From Rebecca billardiae RCC1528 (lineage: Eukaryota; Protista; Haptophyta): DNA of 64,000 bases. Every line of letters begins with the position of its first letter. The stretch's first letter is position 1. The stretch lies in contig OZ251232.1 in the NCBI GenBank assembly GCA_965240325.2, positions 2,294,001 through 2,358,000 of the forward strand, given 5' to 3'. Under the pieces are notes generated by a model. It was not told where the DNA came from and searched no databases. It saw only the letters and a program-made list of their open reading frames with translations. Shown in pieces: positions 36,049 through 47,323 of this stretch. A program made the translations under genes and the position numbers.

Positions 36049-38178
36049 TCAGCGGTTCTTGGGCGCCTTCGCGCGCAGCTCGTCGGCGGCCGTCTTGAAC
36101 CCGCGGTCCGCGTCGAGCTTGGCCTGCTTCTCCGCCGCGCGCCGCGCCGCGCGCGCCGCCTTCGCCGCCGCCGCGGCCGTCGCCTTCTCCGCCGCCTCGC
36201 GCGCCGCCTGCGCGATCTGCGGCAGGTCGCACACCGCGTTGTAGTAGTCGACAAACTCGGCGAAGGAGAGCTGGCCCGAGCGGTCGGTGTCGGCGAGCTG
36301 CATCTGCGTGCGCACGAACTCGTCCACCGCCGCGCCCGGCATCTGCGTCGACACAATCTGCATGCGCCGCAGCACCGAGCCCAGCTCGGAAATGTCGATC
36401 GAGCCCGAGCCGTCGCTGCGCGGCACGGGCGCGGCGCGCGGGCGGGCGCGGCGGCGGCGTGTGAGCGCGTGAGCGGCGCACGCCGCGCGGCGGCGCGACT
36501 CGCGCGAGAGGCTGTGTGCACGCCGCGCCTCGGGGACCGGCCGGACCGTCGCGGCGCTCCGGCCATGCAAGGGCCGGCCAGCGCAGCGCTCGAGGCTGTG
36601 AGCGCAGGCCGCGCGGCGCGGCGGCCGGCGCCGCGAGCGCGAGCGCGCGCGCGAGCGCGCACGTGTCGAACTGCGAGAAGATCTCAAACGCCTCGTCCTC
36701 GCGCTCGGTGGCGGCGTACAGCAGCGCGTCGAGCGCGAGCGAGGGGTCGGACGCGCCGGCGGCGTCCGACGCGGCGGCGGCGGACGAGCCGCCACCGGCG
36801 GCCGCCGCGGCCGCCCCGCCTTCCGCGCCGCCACCGCCGGCCGACGCGGCGGCGGCGGGCGGCGTGACACCAACGAAGCTGGAGCTCTCTCGGAGCAGCT
36901 GCTCGGCCGCGCCCGTGCCGGCGGAGAGGCGGCGCGAGCGCTCGGCGACGCCCTTCTCGACGCCGACCGAGCCCGCGGCCATCTGCCGCGCGGCGGACAT
37001 GCGCAGCTCCTTGCGCACCTCTGCGCGCGGACGCGCGCGCGCGCGCGCAAAGGCGGCCGCGGCGCGCGCAGGGCCCGACACACGTGTGCACGGTTGGCCT
37101 CTCGCGCGGACGGGCGGACGGGCCGCGCCGCGCCCGCGCTGTGCCGCGTTGCCGCGCGCGGCGCGGCGGGCTCTCTCGCTCTCGCGCGCGGCGCGCGGCG
37201 CGCACCGTCGACCGCGATCCGCACGGCGTAGTGCGCCAGCGTCGGGCGGTTGGCATTGGGGACTAGCTTGCTCCAGACGACTCGCTCGGCGTCTGCTTCG
37301 GACGGCAGCGGCGCCTCCTCGGCAGTTGAGATGTCAATCTGGTCGCGGTCGAGGGGCACGCCCTGCGCCTTGGCGGCCGCCACCGCCTCCGCCATCTCGG
37401 ACGCCACGTCCACGCCCTGGGGGCGGCACGCGGGCGCGGGGCGCACAGCGGCGCTTGAGCGTGGGCGAAGCCGGCGGCGCGGAGGGCGGCGGCGGCGATC
37501 GCGCCGAGGCGGCACGCCGCCTGCCGTGGCCGCGAGGGCGCGGCGCGGCGCGGCGCGGCGCGGCGCGGCGCGGCGCACACCTGCAGCAGCAGCGTGGCGC
37601 AGAGCTTGGCCAGCAGCCCGTTCCCCAGCAGCCCGGGCAGCAGCTCCCACACGCGGCCGAACGTGGGGCGCGAGAGGTGCGGCGCGACGCGGCGCGAGAA
37701 GGCGCGCGTGGTGGCGAGAGACGCCTCGGCGCGGCCGGCGCACTCAACTCGGAGCGCGTGGGCAATGTGCATGGCGCAAAGCAGGGCCGAGATGTCGGGG
37801 TCGGCGAAGGCCCAGAGCTCCTGCCCCGGCTGCGCGCCGCCCGAGCCGGGCTGCCGCTGCAGCACGCGCTGCCCCGACGCGTAGAGCAGCTGGTACACCG
37901 CCGCGTCGGCGTCGAGCGGCGGCGGCGCCTTCGAGTCCGCGCCTCGCTGCCGAGCGCGGCGCGGCGCGGCGCCGGCCGGCGGCGGCGGCGCGGAGACGGA
38001 GACGGCGTCGTCGACGAAGTGCGCGAGCTCCTGCGCGGCGACGGCGGAGGTGTTGCGCAGCGTCGCGGTGTACGCGAGGTTGCCGAGGAGCAGGCAGCAC
38101 CGCTCGAGCGCGTGCGCCTCGGCCGCCGCGCCCGCCGCGGGCGCCGGCGGCGATCGTCCCCTTGGGAGCGGCGGCGGC

Positions 38179-38213
<35 letters not shown>

Positions 38214-41200
38214 GTCTGTCGACGCATCGGCGAGCGCGCGCGCACCGCGGTCGACGCCGAAGGTCGCGTCGCGCAGCGCGTAGCGCAGGCCCGCGGCGAG
38301 CAGCGCGCCCGCCGACGACGCCACCGGCCGGCCGAGCACCGCGGCGCGCGTCGCGTGCGCCGCCAATTCCGCCTCCACCGGCGAAGCGCAGCGGCCGCCG
38401 AGCCGCGCGAGCAAGGAGCGCGCCGAGCTCGCCTCCAGCGCGGTCGGCGCGAGGTGGCGCTCTAGCGCGGCCCACTGCGCGCGCACGGTGGGCGTCGCGA
38501 CGTGCCACACGCCGACGGCGGAGGGCGGCGCGGCCGACGCCGACGCGGCACCCTCCGCCCAGCCGCGCACGCACGTGGCAACAGTCAGCGCGGCTTCGCT
38601 CGAAGCGAGCGCGCGCCACAGCGCCGCGGCCGCGCCCGGCACGCCCGCCGCCTCGGCGCGCGCAGAGGCCTCGTGCGCGCGAGGCAGGATGAGCGCGACG
38701 CGGCCGGCGCGCAGCAGCGCGAGCAGCGCGCGGCCGTGCGCGGTGTGCGGCGCGCGCCACTCGGCGCTCAGCGCCTGCTCGAAGAGGCCGCCGCCGCCGC
38801 CTGCGCCGCCTGCGCCTGCGCCTGCGCCTGCGCCTGCGCCTGCGCCTGCGCCGCCGCCGCTCGCGCCGCCGGCGTCGGCGTCGTCGAGCGGCGCGGCGGC
38901 GGCGCGCACGAGCGCCGCGGCGAGCGCCGCCGGCGTGAGCACCACGGGCACGAGCCGCGTCGGCGCGTCGAGCAGCGCGTCGTCGGGCGCGGGCGCGGCC
39001 GCGCCCGCGTGCCCGCCAGCGTCGGCGTGGCCGCCGGCAAGCTCGAGCGCCAGCCGCGCCTCGAGCCCGCCCGCCGGGCCAAGCAGCGCGGCGGCATCTG
39101 CGACGATCGCCGCGCGCACCTTGCCGCCGGGCTGGCGGTTGGAGTACGGCTGGCCCGGCGGCGCGAGGCCGGGCGCGAGCGCGCCGATGCACTCGAGCGC
39201 CGCCGCCTTGGACGCGTCGGCGGCGCGCGCGCCGCTCGCGCCGTCCGCCGCAGCCGCGTCGTCCGCCGTCGCGCGCGCCGCCGCGCGGTCGCGCACAATG
39301 CGCACGGCCGCCGCGTCCGCGGGCCGCGCGCGCGAGGTGAGGTGGTCGGGCACGGCGGCGGCGTGCGCGGCGAGCGCGCGCGCGCTGAGCTCGGACGCGA
39401 GCGCGTCGAGCGCCGCGCCCTGCGGCTCGGCGAGCGCCGCCGCCGCGGCCGCGACGCCGCGCGGCTCAGCGGCCGCCTTGGCGGCGCGCGCCGCGGCGTT
39501 CACCCGCATCGGGTCGAGCGCGGCGTCGAGCAGGCGGAGGGCGTAGTAGGCGCACGCGACGCGGGTGCGCTCGTTGGGCAGCGTCTTGTCGCAGTGGCGC
39601 AGCCGGCGCAGCGCCGCCGCCGACGCCGCGATCGACCACTGCAGCGCGTCCCCGGCCGCGTCGCCCGCCGCGGCCAGTGTCTGCCCCACTGCATGTGTGC
39701 GCAGCGCGCGCGCCAGCTCCCAGGCTCGCGCAACGTTGGTGCGGAGCGGCGGGAGCAGGTCCGCGGCGGCGGGCAGCTCGCAGCCGGGCAGGTGCGCGTG
39801 CAGCGCCGGCCGGCCGGCGAGCACCTCGATCGCGTGCAGCATGTCCGACAGGTCCTGCTCGTCCTCGAGGGACAGCCATTCAAATAGAAGCGCCGACTCG
39901 AGCGTCGCGAGGTCTGCGAGCGCGTGGCCGAGCACAGCGCGGGGCGGCGGGCCTCCGCCGCGCCGCGCGGGCTCGTCGGCCTCGCGGCCGTCGGCGCCGA
40001 GCGGCGTGACGACGCACGGCGCGAGGCGCTCGCGCTCGCGCTCGAACGCGGGCAGCGCGGCCTTGCCGCCCCCGCCACTCGCGGCGGCGGCGCCCTTGGA
40101 CGGCGGCGGCGCCGCGGCTCCGGCGGCGCCGGCCGAGCCGGCCGCGTCGGCGTCTTCGGCGCCGTCCGCCGCCTCGGCCGGCTGCACGACGCTGGGCGCG
40201 AGCGCGAGGCTGAGGCGGTGCTCCGCGTCGAAGGCGAGGCAGTCGCCAAAGTCGAGCCCGCCGTGCACCAGCCCGATCGGCTGGCGCAGCGGCTCGCCCT
40301 CCGCGTCGACCACCGTGCCGCGCGCGCGCGCCGACACCGCCTTCACCACCGCCGGGTCGAGCGGCGGCGAGCCTTGCGGCGGCAGCCGTCCGCCGCCCAT
40401 CTCCGGACTGAGGCCGGACTCGAGCGCGTCGGCGAGCACGACGAGGCGGTCGACGAGGCCGAGGTGGTGCCGCACGCCCAGCGCGCCGAACGCCCCCGCC
40501 GCCGCCTCCGAGCGCGAGTAGTGCGACGACGACGACACAAGCGCCTCCACGGCAAACTCGAGCGCGCGGAACGCAGGCCGCTCAACGTCCGGCGCCCGAA
40601 GCAGTTTGGGCAAGTCGTAGTGGGCGAGGAGGTCGAGCGGGCGCATGGCGCTGTGCGGCCCCGAGCCGGAGAGCGCGAGCACGGCCGGCGCGACGCCGAG
40701 CGGCGCGCCCTCCTTCGCCAGCTCCAGCGTCGACAGCAGCCGCGTACCGTAGCCGCGCGCGCGCAGCACCGACGGCTCTTGCTCGTGAACGTGCCGCGTC
40801 ACGTGCTCGCGCAGCGAGATGCGCTCGTGGACGAGGCGGAGTGTGCCGGCGCAGCCGGGGAGCGCGGGGCGCCAGCCGCACGCGAGGCCGCCCACGCCCC
40901 ACGTGCCGCCCGCCGGCAGCGCCGCCGCGAGCCCGCCCAGCGCCACGCCACCGCCGGCGCTGCCATCGCTGTCATGGTCGTCGTAATACGTTCGGACCGG
41001 CGCGAGCGTGCACGCGCGCGTGTGCTCGCCGCCCGCCGCGCGCACGCGCTGCAGCGCGGAGACGTGCGCGCGCACCGCGCGGCCGTCGCCGATGAGCAGC
41101 GCGCACGGCGGGTGCGCGAGCGCCGGGCACGCCGTCCCGTCCACCGCCCAGCACAGCACCTCCACCACGCCCGCACCGCCGACGAGCGCGCCGCGGCTGT

Positions 41201-42986
41201 ACTCAAGCGTAACTTGTGTCGCGTGCGCGCACAGCGCGCGCAGCACGCGGCCGGGCGCGCCGGCCTCGAAGCCGGAGAGCTTGACCGAGCCGAGCCAGGA
41301 GACGGTGAGCGCCGCCGAGCGCCGCGGCGCGGCCTCGTCCGCGAGCGCGCCCGCGCGCGACGGCGGCGGGAGCGCCGCCGGCGCCGCAGGCGGCCATGGC
41401 GCGCGCGCCGCGTCGCGCGCGCCCAGCAGCGCGCGCACGAGCGCGCGCCGACGCCAACTCCACCACCGAGCCTCAGCGCCGCTCGGTCCGAGCTCGCCCA
41501 CGCCCGCGGCGGCGCGCGCGCGCAGCACGGGCTGCCGCGCGGCGGGCGCGCCGGGCACGATCGCCGCCACCGTCGCCGTCTGCGAGAGCAGCCGCACGCG
41601 CGACGCCGAGCCGAGCAGCTCATGCGGCGCCTCGGCGGACTGAAATCGCTTCGTGTCGGCGAGGAAGCGACAGCCGGCGGCGCGGCGCTCGCCGAGCGCG
41701 CCGACGAGCCACGCCGTCGCCGCGCTCGCGGCCGAGGCGTCCAGCTCGCCCGCGGAGAGCTGATCCGCGCTCGACTCCGCCCCGGCGGCGGCGGCCCCGC
41801 CGCTCGGCGCCGCCGGCGCACGCGCCGCGCCGCCGCCGCCGCCGCCGCGCTCCGGTTTGAGCGAAACCTCGGGTACGCGGTCGAGCAGCTGCAGCGCGCC
41901 GCCGTCGGCCGGCGGCGCGAGCGCGGCCGCTTGGACGAGCGCGCGGTCGTCGGCGTCCTCGGGCGCCTCGAGCACGAGCCGCACGCTGCGCGCGCGCAGC
42001 GTCGGCGCGCGCTCGTCCGACCACCGCGCCTCGAGCGCGCCGGTGCCGTCGCCGTCTCCGTCTTCGTCGGCTAAGCCGGCGCCGATGGCTTCCAGGGACT
42101 CGGCGGCGAGCGCGCGGAGCGCGCGCAGCGGCGCGGCGCGGAGCGAGCCGAGCGGCGCGGCCTCCGACGCGTCGGCGGCGCCCTCCACCTCGGCGCTCAG
42201 CGCGCCCAGCGACGCCGCCAGCCCGCGCACGCTCGGCGGCGTCGGCAGCAGCACCGCGTCCGACGCCTCTGACGAGAAATCGACGCCGTGCGCGCGCACG
42301 CGCACGGCGAGGCGATATGTCTGCCCGCCGACGAGGCCGCGCACGACCGCGGCGGAGGGCGGGCGGGCCGAGGCCGACGGCTCGCGCGCGAGCGCGCCGG
42401 GCTCGTGCTCGTCGCCCACGCCGCCGGCGCTGGCGGCGGCGCCGGCGGGCGCGCCGGCGGGCGCCGCGGCCGCGGCCGCGGCCGCCGCGCCCGCCGCCGC
42501 CGCCGCCGCCGCCTCGGCCGCGCTCGGCGCGACGAGCTCGACGGCGGCTGGGTCGAGCTCGACGAAGGGCCCGAAGGCGCCGCTCTGCACGAGGATGCGC
42601 GGCGGCTCGGGCGGCTCCGCGCCGCCGCCGCCCTCCTCGCCCTCCGCCGTCGGGAACGGCGGCCAGACGAGCCGAACGCCAGTCTCGTGCGGCTCGCGCG
42701 CGAGCGAGGCGGCGGGCACGCTGCGGCGCCAGAGCTCGCGGGCGTGGCGCACGCGGCGCTCGGCCTGGAGCTGCAGCACGGCGTGCGGGTGCACCGGCTC
42801 CTTCCCGGCCGCCGCCGCCGTCTGGCTCGCCTTCTTGCGCCCCGCCTTGCCGCGGTGCGCCTTTTGGATGCGCGTCGTCGCGCCGTCGAGCTTGGTGGAC
42901 GCGGCGGAGCGCCGGCCCTGCTGCCCGCGCGCCTGCGCCTGGAGGCGCTCGGCCGCGGCGTCGGCGCCCGCGCCGGAGCCGCTCAT
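36049..42986 (-). CDS. Giant multidomain protein: IQ motifs, FN3-like, degenerate APH/TCAD9-like kinase fold, degenerate NACHT-like region, C-terminal EF-hand pair
   Basis: Exons 42986-37581, 37416-37206, 37020-36663, 36415-36049 join in frame. IQ motifs LQAQARGQQGR and IQKAHRGKAGR; FN3-like GLVGGQTYRLAVRV; EF loops DTDGSGSIDISE and DTDRSGQLSFAE. The middle domains are inferred from motif remnants. Confidence 0.75.
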
Positions 42987-43435
42987 CCTGGCACCCGGCG
43001 GCGTGTGTGCGCGCGCGCGGCACGCCCTGCTGCTGCTCGTGCGCGGGGCCCAGCTGGGCACCCTTGTTGGAACGGCCACAAGGGGTGGCAGCCGCCGCTG
43101 CAGACCTGCGCGGAAACCGATTCATCGGGAATTCGGTTATTATTTTTGTACAACCAGCAGATTAATCAAGCGCAACGGCGGCGCTAATAAATCGAATCGA
43201 GCGAGGCTGCCAGTCGTCCCGCGCCGCGCCGCTGCGCGCGCTCGGGCTGGCCGCCGCGTGGCCCCCGCCCGCTGCCCGAAGCCCTGTGGCGGCGCACGGG
43301 CTCGGAGCTGCAGCATATCACAGACTCGGGCCGCCGTGCGAGGATGGTCGTCGAGTGTCAGCGCTCGCGGCCCGCCGCGGCCGCTCGCTCGGGCGTCCAC
43401 TCGTCACTCTGCCAGACGGAGTCGCAGGCAGCCAC

Positions 43436-44562
43436 TCAGAGCGACTCGGCGCCCGAGATGATCTCGTTGAGCTCGGTGGTGATGACGGCCTGGCGCTGGC
43501 GGTTGTACTGGATGTTGAGCTTGTTGATCATGTCGCCCGCGTTGCTCGACGCGTTCTCCATCGCCGACATCCGGCTCGCGTTCTCCGAGGTCGAGTTCTC
43601 GAGCACGCAGTTGAACAGCCGCGCGGCGAGCTCAAATTCATAGAGGTCCGAGTAGAGGGCGGAGGACTCCTCCTCGTCGACCTCGTACTCGGCGAGGCCC
43701 TCGGCGGCCTCGAGCGCGGCCGGCGTGCCCAGCGCGAGCGGCGTCACCTCGAACTTCACCACCGACGTGAACTTGTTGTACAGGATCGTCAGGCGGTCGT
43801 AGTCGTGCGCCAGCACCTCCTCGGCAATCACCGCCGCCTGCGCCCACGAGAACGGCTTCTGGTAGATCTCGTCAATGTTGGCGATGACGAGCGGGCCGTA
43901 CTCGCGGGAGAGGGCGTCGCGCGCCTTCATGCCCACGATGAAGAGCTCCACCTGCTCGCCCGCGCCCTGCGCCTCGTTCGCCAGGAGCTTGGTCTGCTTG
44001 ACGACCGACGAGTTGACGCCGCCGCAGAGCCCCTTGTCGGACGAGATCGGCACCATGAAGTGCTTCGCGTCGGGCGCGGGCTCGGACACGTCGAGCGCCT
44101 CCTTGAGCGCCGAGGGCGACGCGGCGACGAATGGTCGCGACGCCTCCATGCGCGACTGCGCGCCGCGCAGCTTCGACGCGGCGACCTGCGCGGCGGCGGC
44201 GCGGCGGCGCGGCGGCGCGGCGCTCGCCGCGTGAGCGCGCCGCCCGACGCGGCCGCGCACCCAAGGACGCGGCGGCGCGCGCACCATCTTCATGGCTTTT
44301 GTGATCTTCTGGATGCTCTTCACCGACGTCACCCGCATCTTCAGCGCCTTGAGCGACGCGAAGCGAGCCCCGTCGGGCCGCAGCATGGTGCTGCGGCGGC
44401 AGCCATGGGCGCATCCGACACCGCGCCGCGGCGCGCGCGTGAGCGGCGGCCCGCGCGGACGGCGGGCCGCGCGGCGGCGGGCGCGCGAGGGCGCGCGCAA
44501 CGCGCGCGCCAACGCGCCGCGCACCTCGGCTGCGCCATCATGGCGCCGCGCAGGAGCGACAT
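43436..44562 (-). CDS. ATP3: Mitochondrial F1-ATP synthase gamma subunit
   Basis: Exons 44562-44525, 44390-44285, 44185-43436. Motifs SVKSIQKITKAMKMVAASK, SSDKGLCGGVNS, SENASRMSAMENASSNA, YNRQRQAVITTELNEIISGA; Arg-rich presequence. Confidence 0.96.
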
Positions 44563-44773
44563 GCTCGCGGACCCCGAGAGAGCTGACGACAGCGGGGGAG
44601 CTCACCACCCCGAAGCCCTGGCTGCCCCAGCGCACGAGATCGGCGATGAAGGCCGCGAGAGTCCGGACGGCAACAGCCCAGTCAGCCCTGCGCGCCAGAG
44701 TCCGGGCGGGCGGGTGCGCGCTGGCACTGCTTTGATGCTCAGGTTTCCGCCGCTGCGCCGCTGTTTGCGCGCG

Positions 44774-45661
44774 ATGGCGGCAACGGAGCGCGGCGGCTCC
44801 TCGGCGACGAGGCCGGCGCTGGCGGCGCTCGCCGCGCTCGCCGCGCTCGCCGCGCTCGGCGTCCTCGCCTCGCCCGCCGCGCGCGCCGCCGCCGCCGGCC
44901 GCCGCGCCGCGCGCGCCGCCGCCAGCGTCGACACGGCGGGCGCGTGCGGCGAGTTCCCGTCGGACGAGCCAGACCGCTCGAGGCACGGCCTCGACTTTGC
45001 GTGCACGGGCACGCGGCACAGCGTCGTGCCCGACGCGGCGGACGCGCCCGACGCGGCGTCGTGCGCGGCCTGGTGCGCCGCCGCCTTCGCCGAGGGCTGC
45101 TGCCAGTACGGCGCCGCTGGCTGCTCCGCGTGGGATGGCGTGCCGATCGCACACCGCCGCAGGCGGCGGCTGCGCCGCGGCGCGCGCGCCGAGCTGGCGA
45201 CGATGCTCTGCGGCGCGCGCGGCGCGGAGGAGGAGGACGGCGCGGACGCCGACGCGTCGGCGCTCGGCACCACCCTCTCGGGCCGCGGCTCGCCCGCGCC
45301 GCCAGCCGCCGCCGCGGGGGCCGGGCACGTGTGCTCCAACGGCACATGCACCGTCTGCGCCAAGTGCTGCCAGCCGTACGTGGCCAACGGCAAGCCGTGC
45401 GACGAGTGCGTCGCGGCGCAGTGCCCCAAGCCGGTGTGCTGGCCCAAGAAGAAGTGCAACGTGTGCGGCGCGTGCTGCCAGTCGTACGTGCAGCAGCCCG
45501 CCGCGTGCGCGTCGTGCGTCGAGCACACGCCCAACTGCCAGCCGGCGCCGCCCTCGTCGGGGAAGGACAAAAAGAACAGCCGCTGCCGGTGGCGCTGCCG
45601 CGCGCAGTTCATCAGCATGCCCAAATGCGGGTGGGAGTGCGGCGGGCCGCTCGGGCACTAG
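44774..45661 (+). CDS. Cysteine-rich, probably secreted protein
   Basis: Hydrophobic leader ALAALAALAALAALGVLA; two CxxCxxCCQxYV...CxxCV repeats; more than 25 Cys. Confidence 0.7.
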   Translation: MAATERGGSSATRPALAALAALAALAALGVLASPAARAAAAGRRAARAAASVDTAGACGEFPSDEPDRSRHGLDFACTGTRHSVVPDAADAPDAASCAAWCAAAFAEGCCQYGAAGCSAWDGVPIAHRRRRRLRRGARAELATMLCGARGAEEEDGADADASALGTTLSGRGSPAPPAAAAGAGHVCSNGTCTVCAKCCQPYVANGKPCDECVAAQCPKPVCWPKKKCNVCGACCQSYVQQPAACASCVEHTPNCQPAPPSSGKDKKNSRCRWRCRAQFISMPKCGWECGGPLGH

Positions 45662-46039
45662 CGCGCCCGGCCGGCGCGCCCGCTCGGCGCGGCTGCGCGT
45701 CACTCGTCGGCCCGGACCGCGGCGGCACTCCGCGCATTGAATCGGCATTGCCATTGGGCGCCGCCAACTGAGTCAGCCTGCGGCGGATGAGTCATGAGGC
45801 AGTGCAGCATGCGCAGTGCGCTATATTGCTCATCTGCATATATATATATGCTGCTGATGACACGCAGGTGCCGCCAGGCCGGCGCAGGCGGGACGACGAG
45901 TCGTGTCCTACTGGACAATATATATTTAGACAATAACTAGAGGCGACGCGCGTCGCCGTCGACGACTGACGTCGCCGTATCATTATATATATATATAGCG
46001 TCATCAGCATTACTGCTCGTATCACGTCGTAGTAGACGC

Positions 46040-46995
46040 GGCTCCGGTCACTGTCCGGGACGTCCAGCAGGGGTGCATTCAGACTCTCTGGGGGGGTCTG
46101 GGGGGGGGCTCCCCCCAGCCGATCGAAGGACCAAATACGCCTCAATAAGGCCCCTAAACTGGCGCCAGAATTCGCATAGCAGACCGTGTTCGCTGGTGTT
46201 GGCTGAGGGCTGCGTCGTGCGGCGTCGGCTCTGCGCCGGGCGGCCATGACGCATTGCACACAGCCCCGATATCGGCGCCTCCCTCGCGAGTCAAGACGTA
46301 GCGTAGTGCAGGATCGAGCAGCGCATTGACAGCTGCGGCGCACCGCGCAGGCCACGCCGCACCTCAGCACTCGCGAACAAGCTCTGAGCCAGCCAGCTGT
46401 GGCAGTCCTCTGAGGAGCTGCAGCCAAGCACGAGCTCGTGCGCATACCCGTGGCACCACGAGCTGACGGCGCGGCCCGGGGCGCGAGCAGCTAGAAGCCG
46501 ACAAGCTCATGCGCACGCCCGCACCGCCGCGAGGTGTGGCCGCCGGCGCGAGCAGCTCGACGCGGACAGCGCGCAGCTTGCTCGAGTCGACGAGCAGCTT
46601 CTCGCCCATCGGTGACTCTCAGTGCATGAAGGTGCACCCGAGGCGCGAGCGCGACAGGGTGCCGTGGCCAACCAGCGGATGAGCCCGGATCAAGGCCTCC
46701 CAAGACGTCTCATATCCTCGCCCGCTCCGCGGAACTCCATCGTGCGGGAGACCGGTCCGGGAGGCCAAAAAAAAGTTCAGCACGATGGAGTCCTCCGTGT
46801 TCGACTGTGACGACGCGTTCAACCACGTCGAGGCGTGAGAAGACGTCGATTACTTCGATGAGGACTACGTTACTTCGTCCGCCGCCCCGGAGATATTTCG
46901 ATTGGTACCCTCATCGCCCTCTGGCTCCCAGGGGTTCGTCTAAATGCACCCCCCCCATAGGATCAGTGGACGTCCCTGACCGTGTGGCTGGAGCC
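46040..46995. mobile_element. Non-autonomous TIR element with 4-bp TSD (956 bp)
   Basis: Imperfect ~28-bp TIRs GGCTCCGGTCACTGTCCGGGACGTCCA / TGGACGTCCCTGACCGTGTGGCTGGAGCC. TSD ACGC at 46036-39 and 46996-99. Subterminal inverted GGGGTGCATT / AATGCACCCC. Confidence 0.78.
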
Positions 46996-47195
46996 ACGCT
47001 GAGTAACTAGTAAGCCTGATGACTACGTACTCATTGACTCATCGTCAGTATATCACTGACAGCCTGAGCCTGAGACTTACTGTCACAGTATATATATATA
47101 TACTGACTTAGTATGCGCAGCGCGCGCTGGCGGCGATCCGGATGACAGGGATATACGGCGCGTACCGGACTACGGGGGTCAGGCACGGGGCCCGG

Positions 47196-47320
47196 TGCGG
47201 GTGGCGCACTGTCTGCCGGACCTGGACGGAAGGCGCGGACCGGCGTTCTGATATGTGTCTACTGTTGCACTCTAATGAGCCTGACGTTCGTCGGCGGATG
47301 CTGCCACGTCGTTATATATA
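47196..47320 (-). repeat. Short dispersed repeat, copy 1 (homologous to 55025-55132)
   Basis: Reverse complement shares ATATAACGACGTGGCAGCATC, AGAGTGCAACAG, GTCCGCGCCTTCCGTCCAGGTC and CAGACAGTGCGCCACCCGCA with copy 2. Confidence 0.85.
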
Positions 47321-47323
47321 TTA

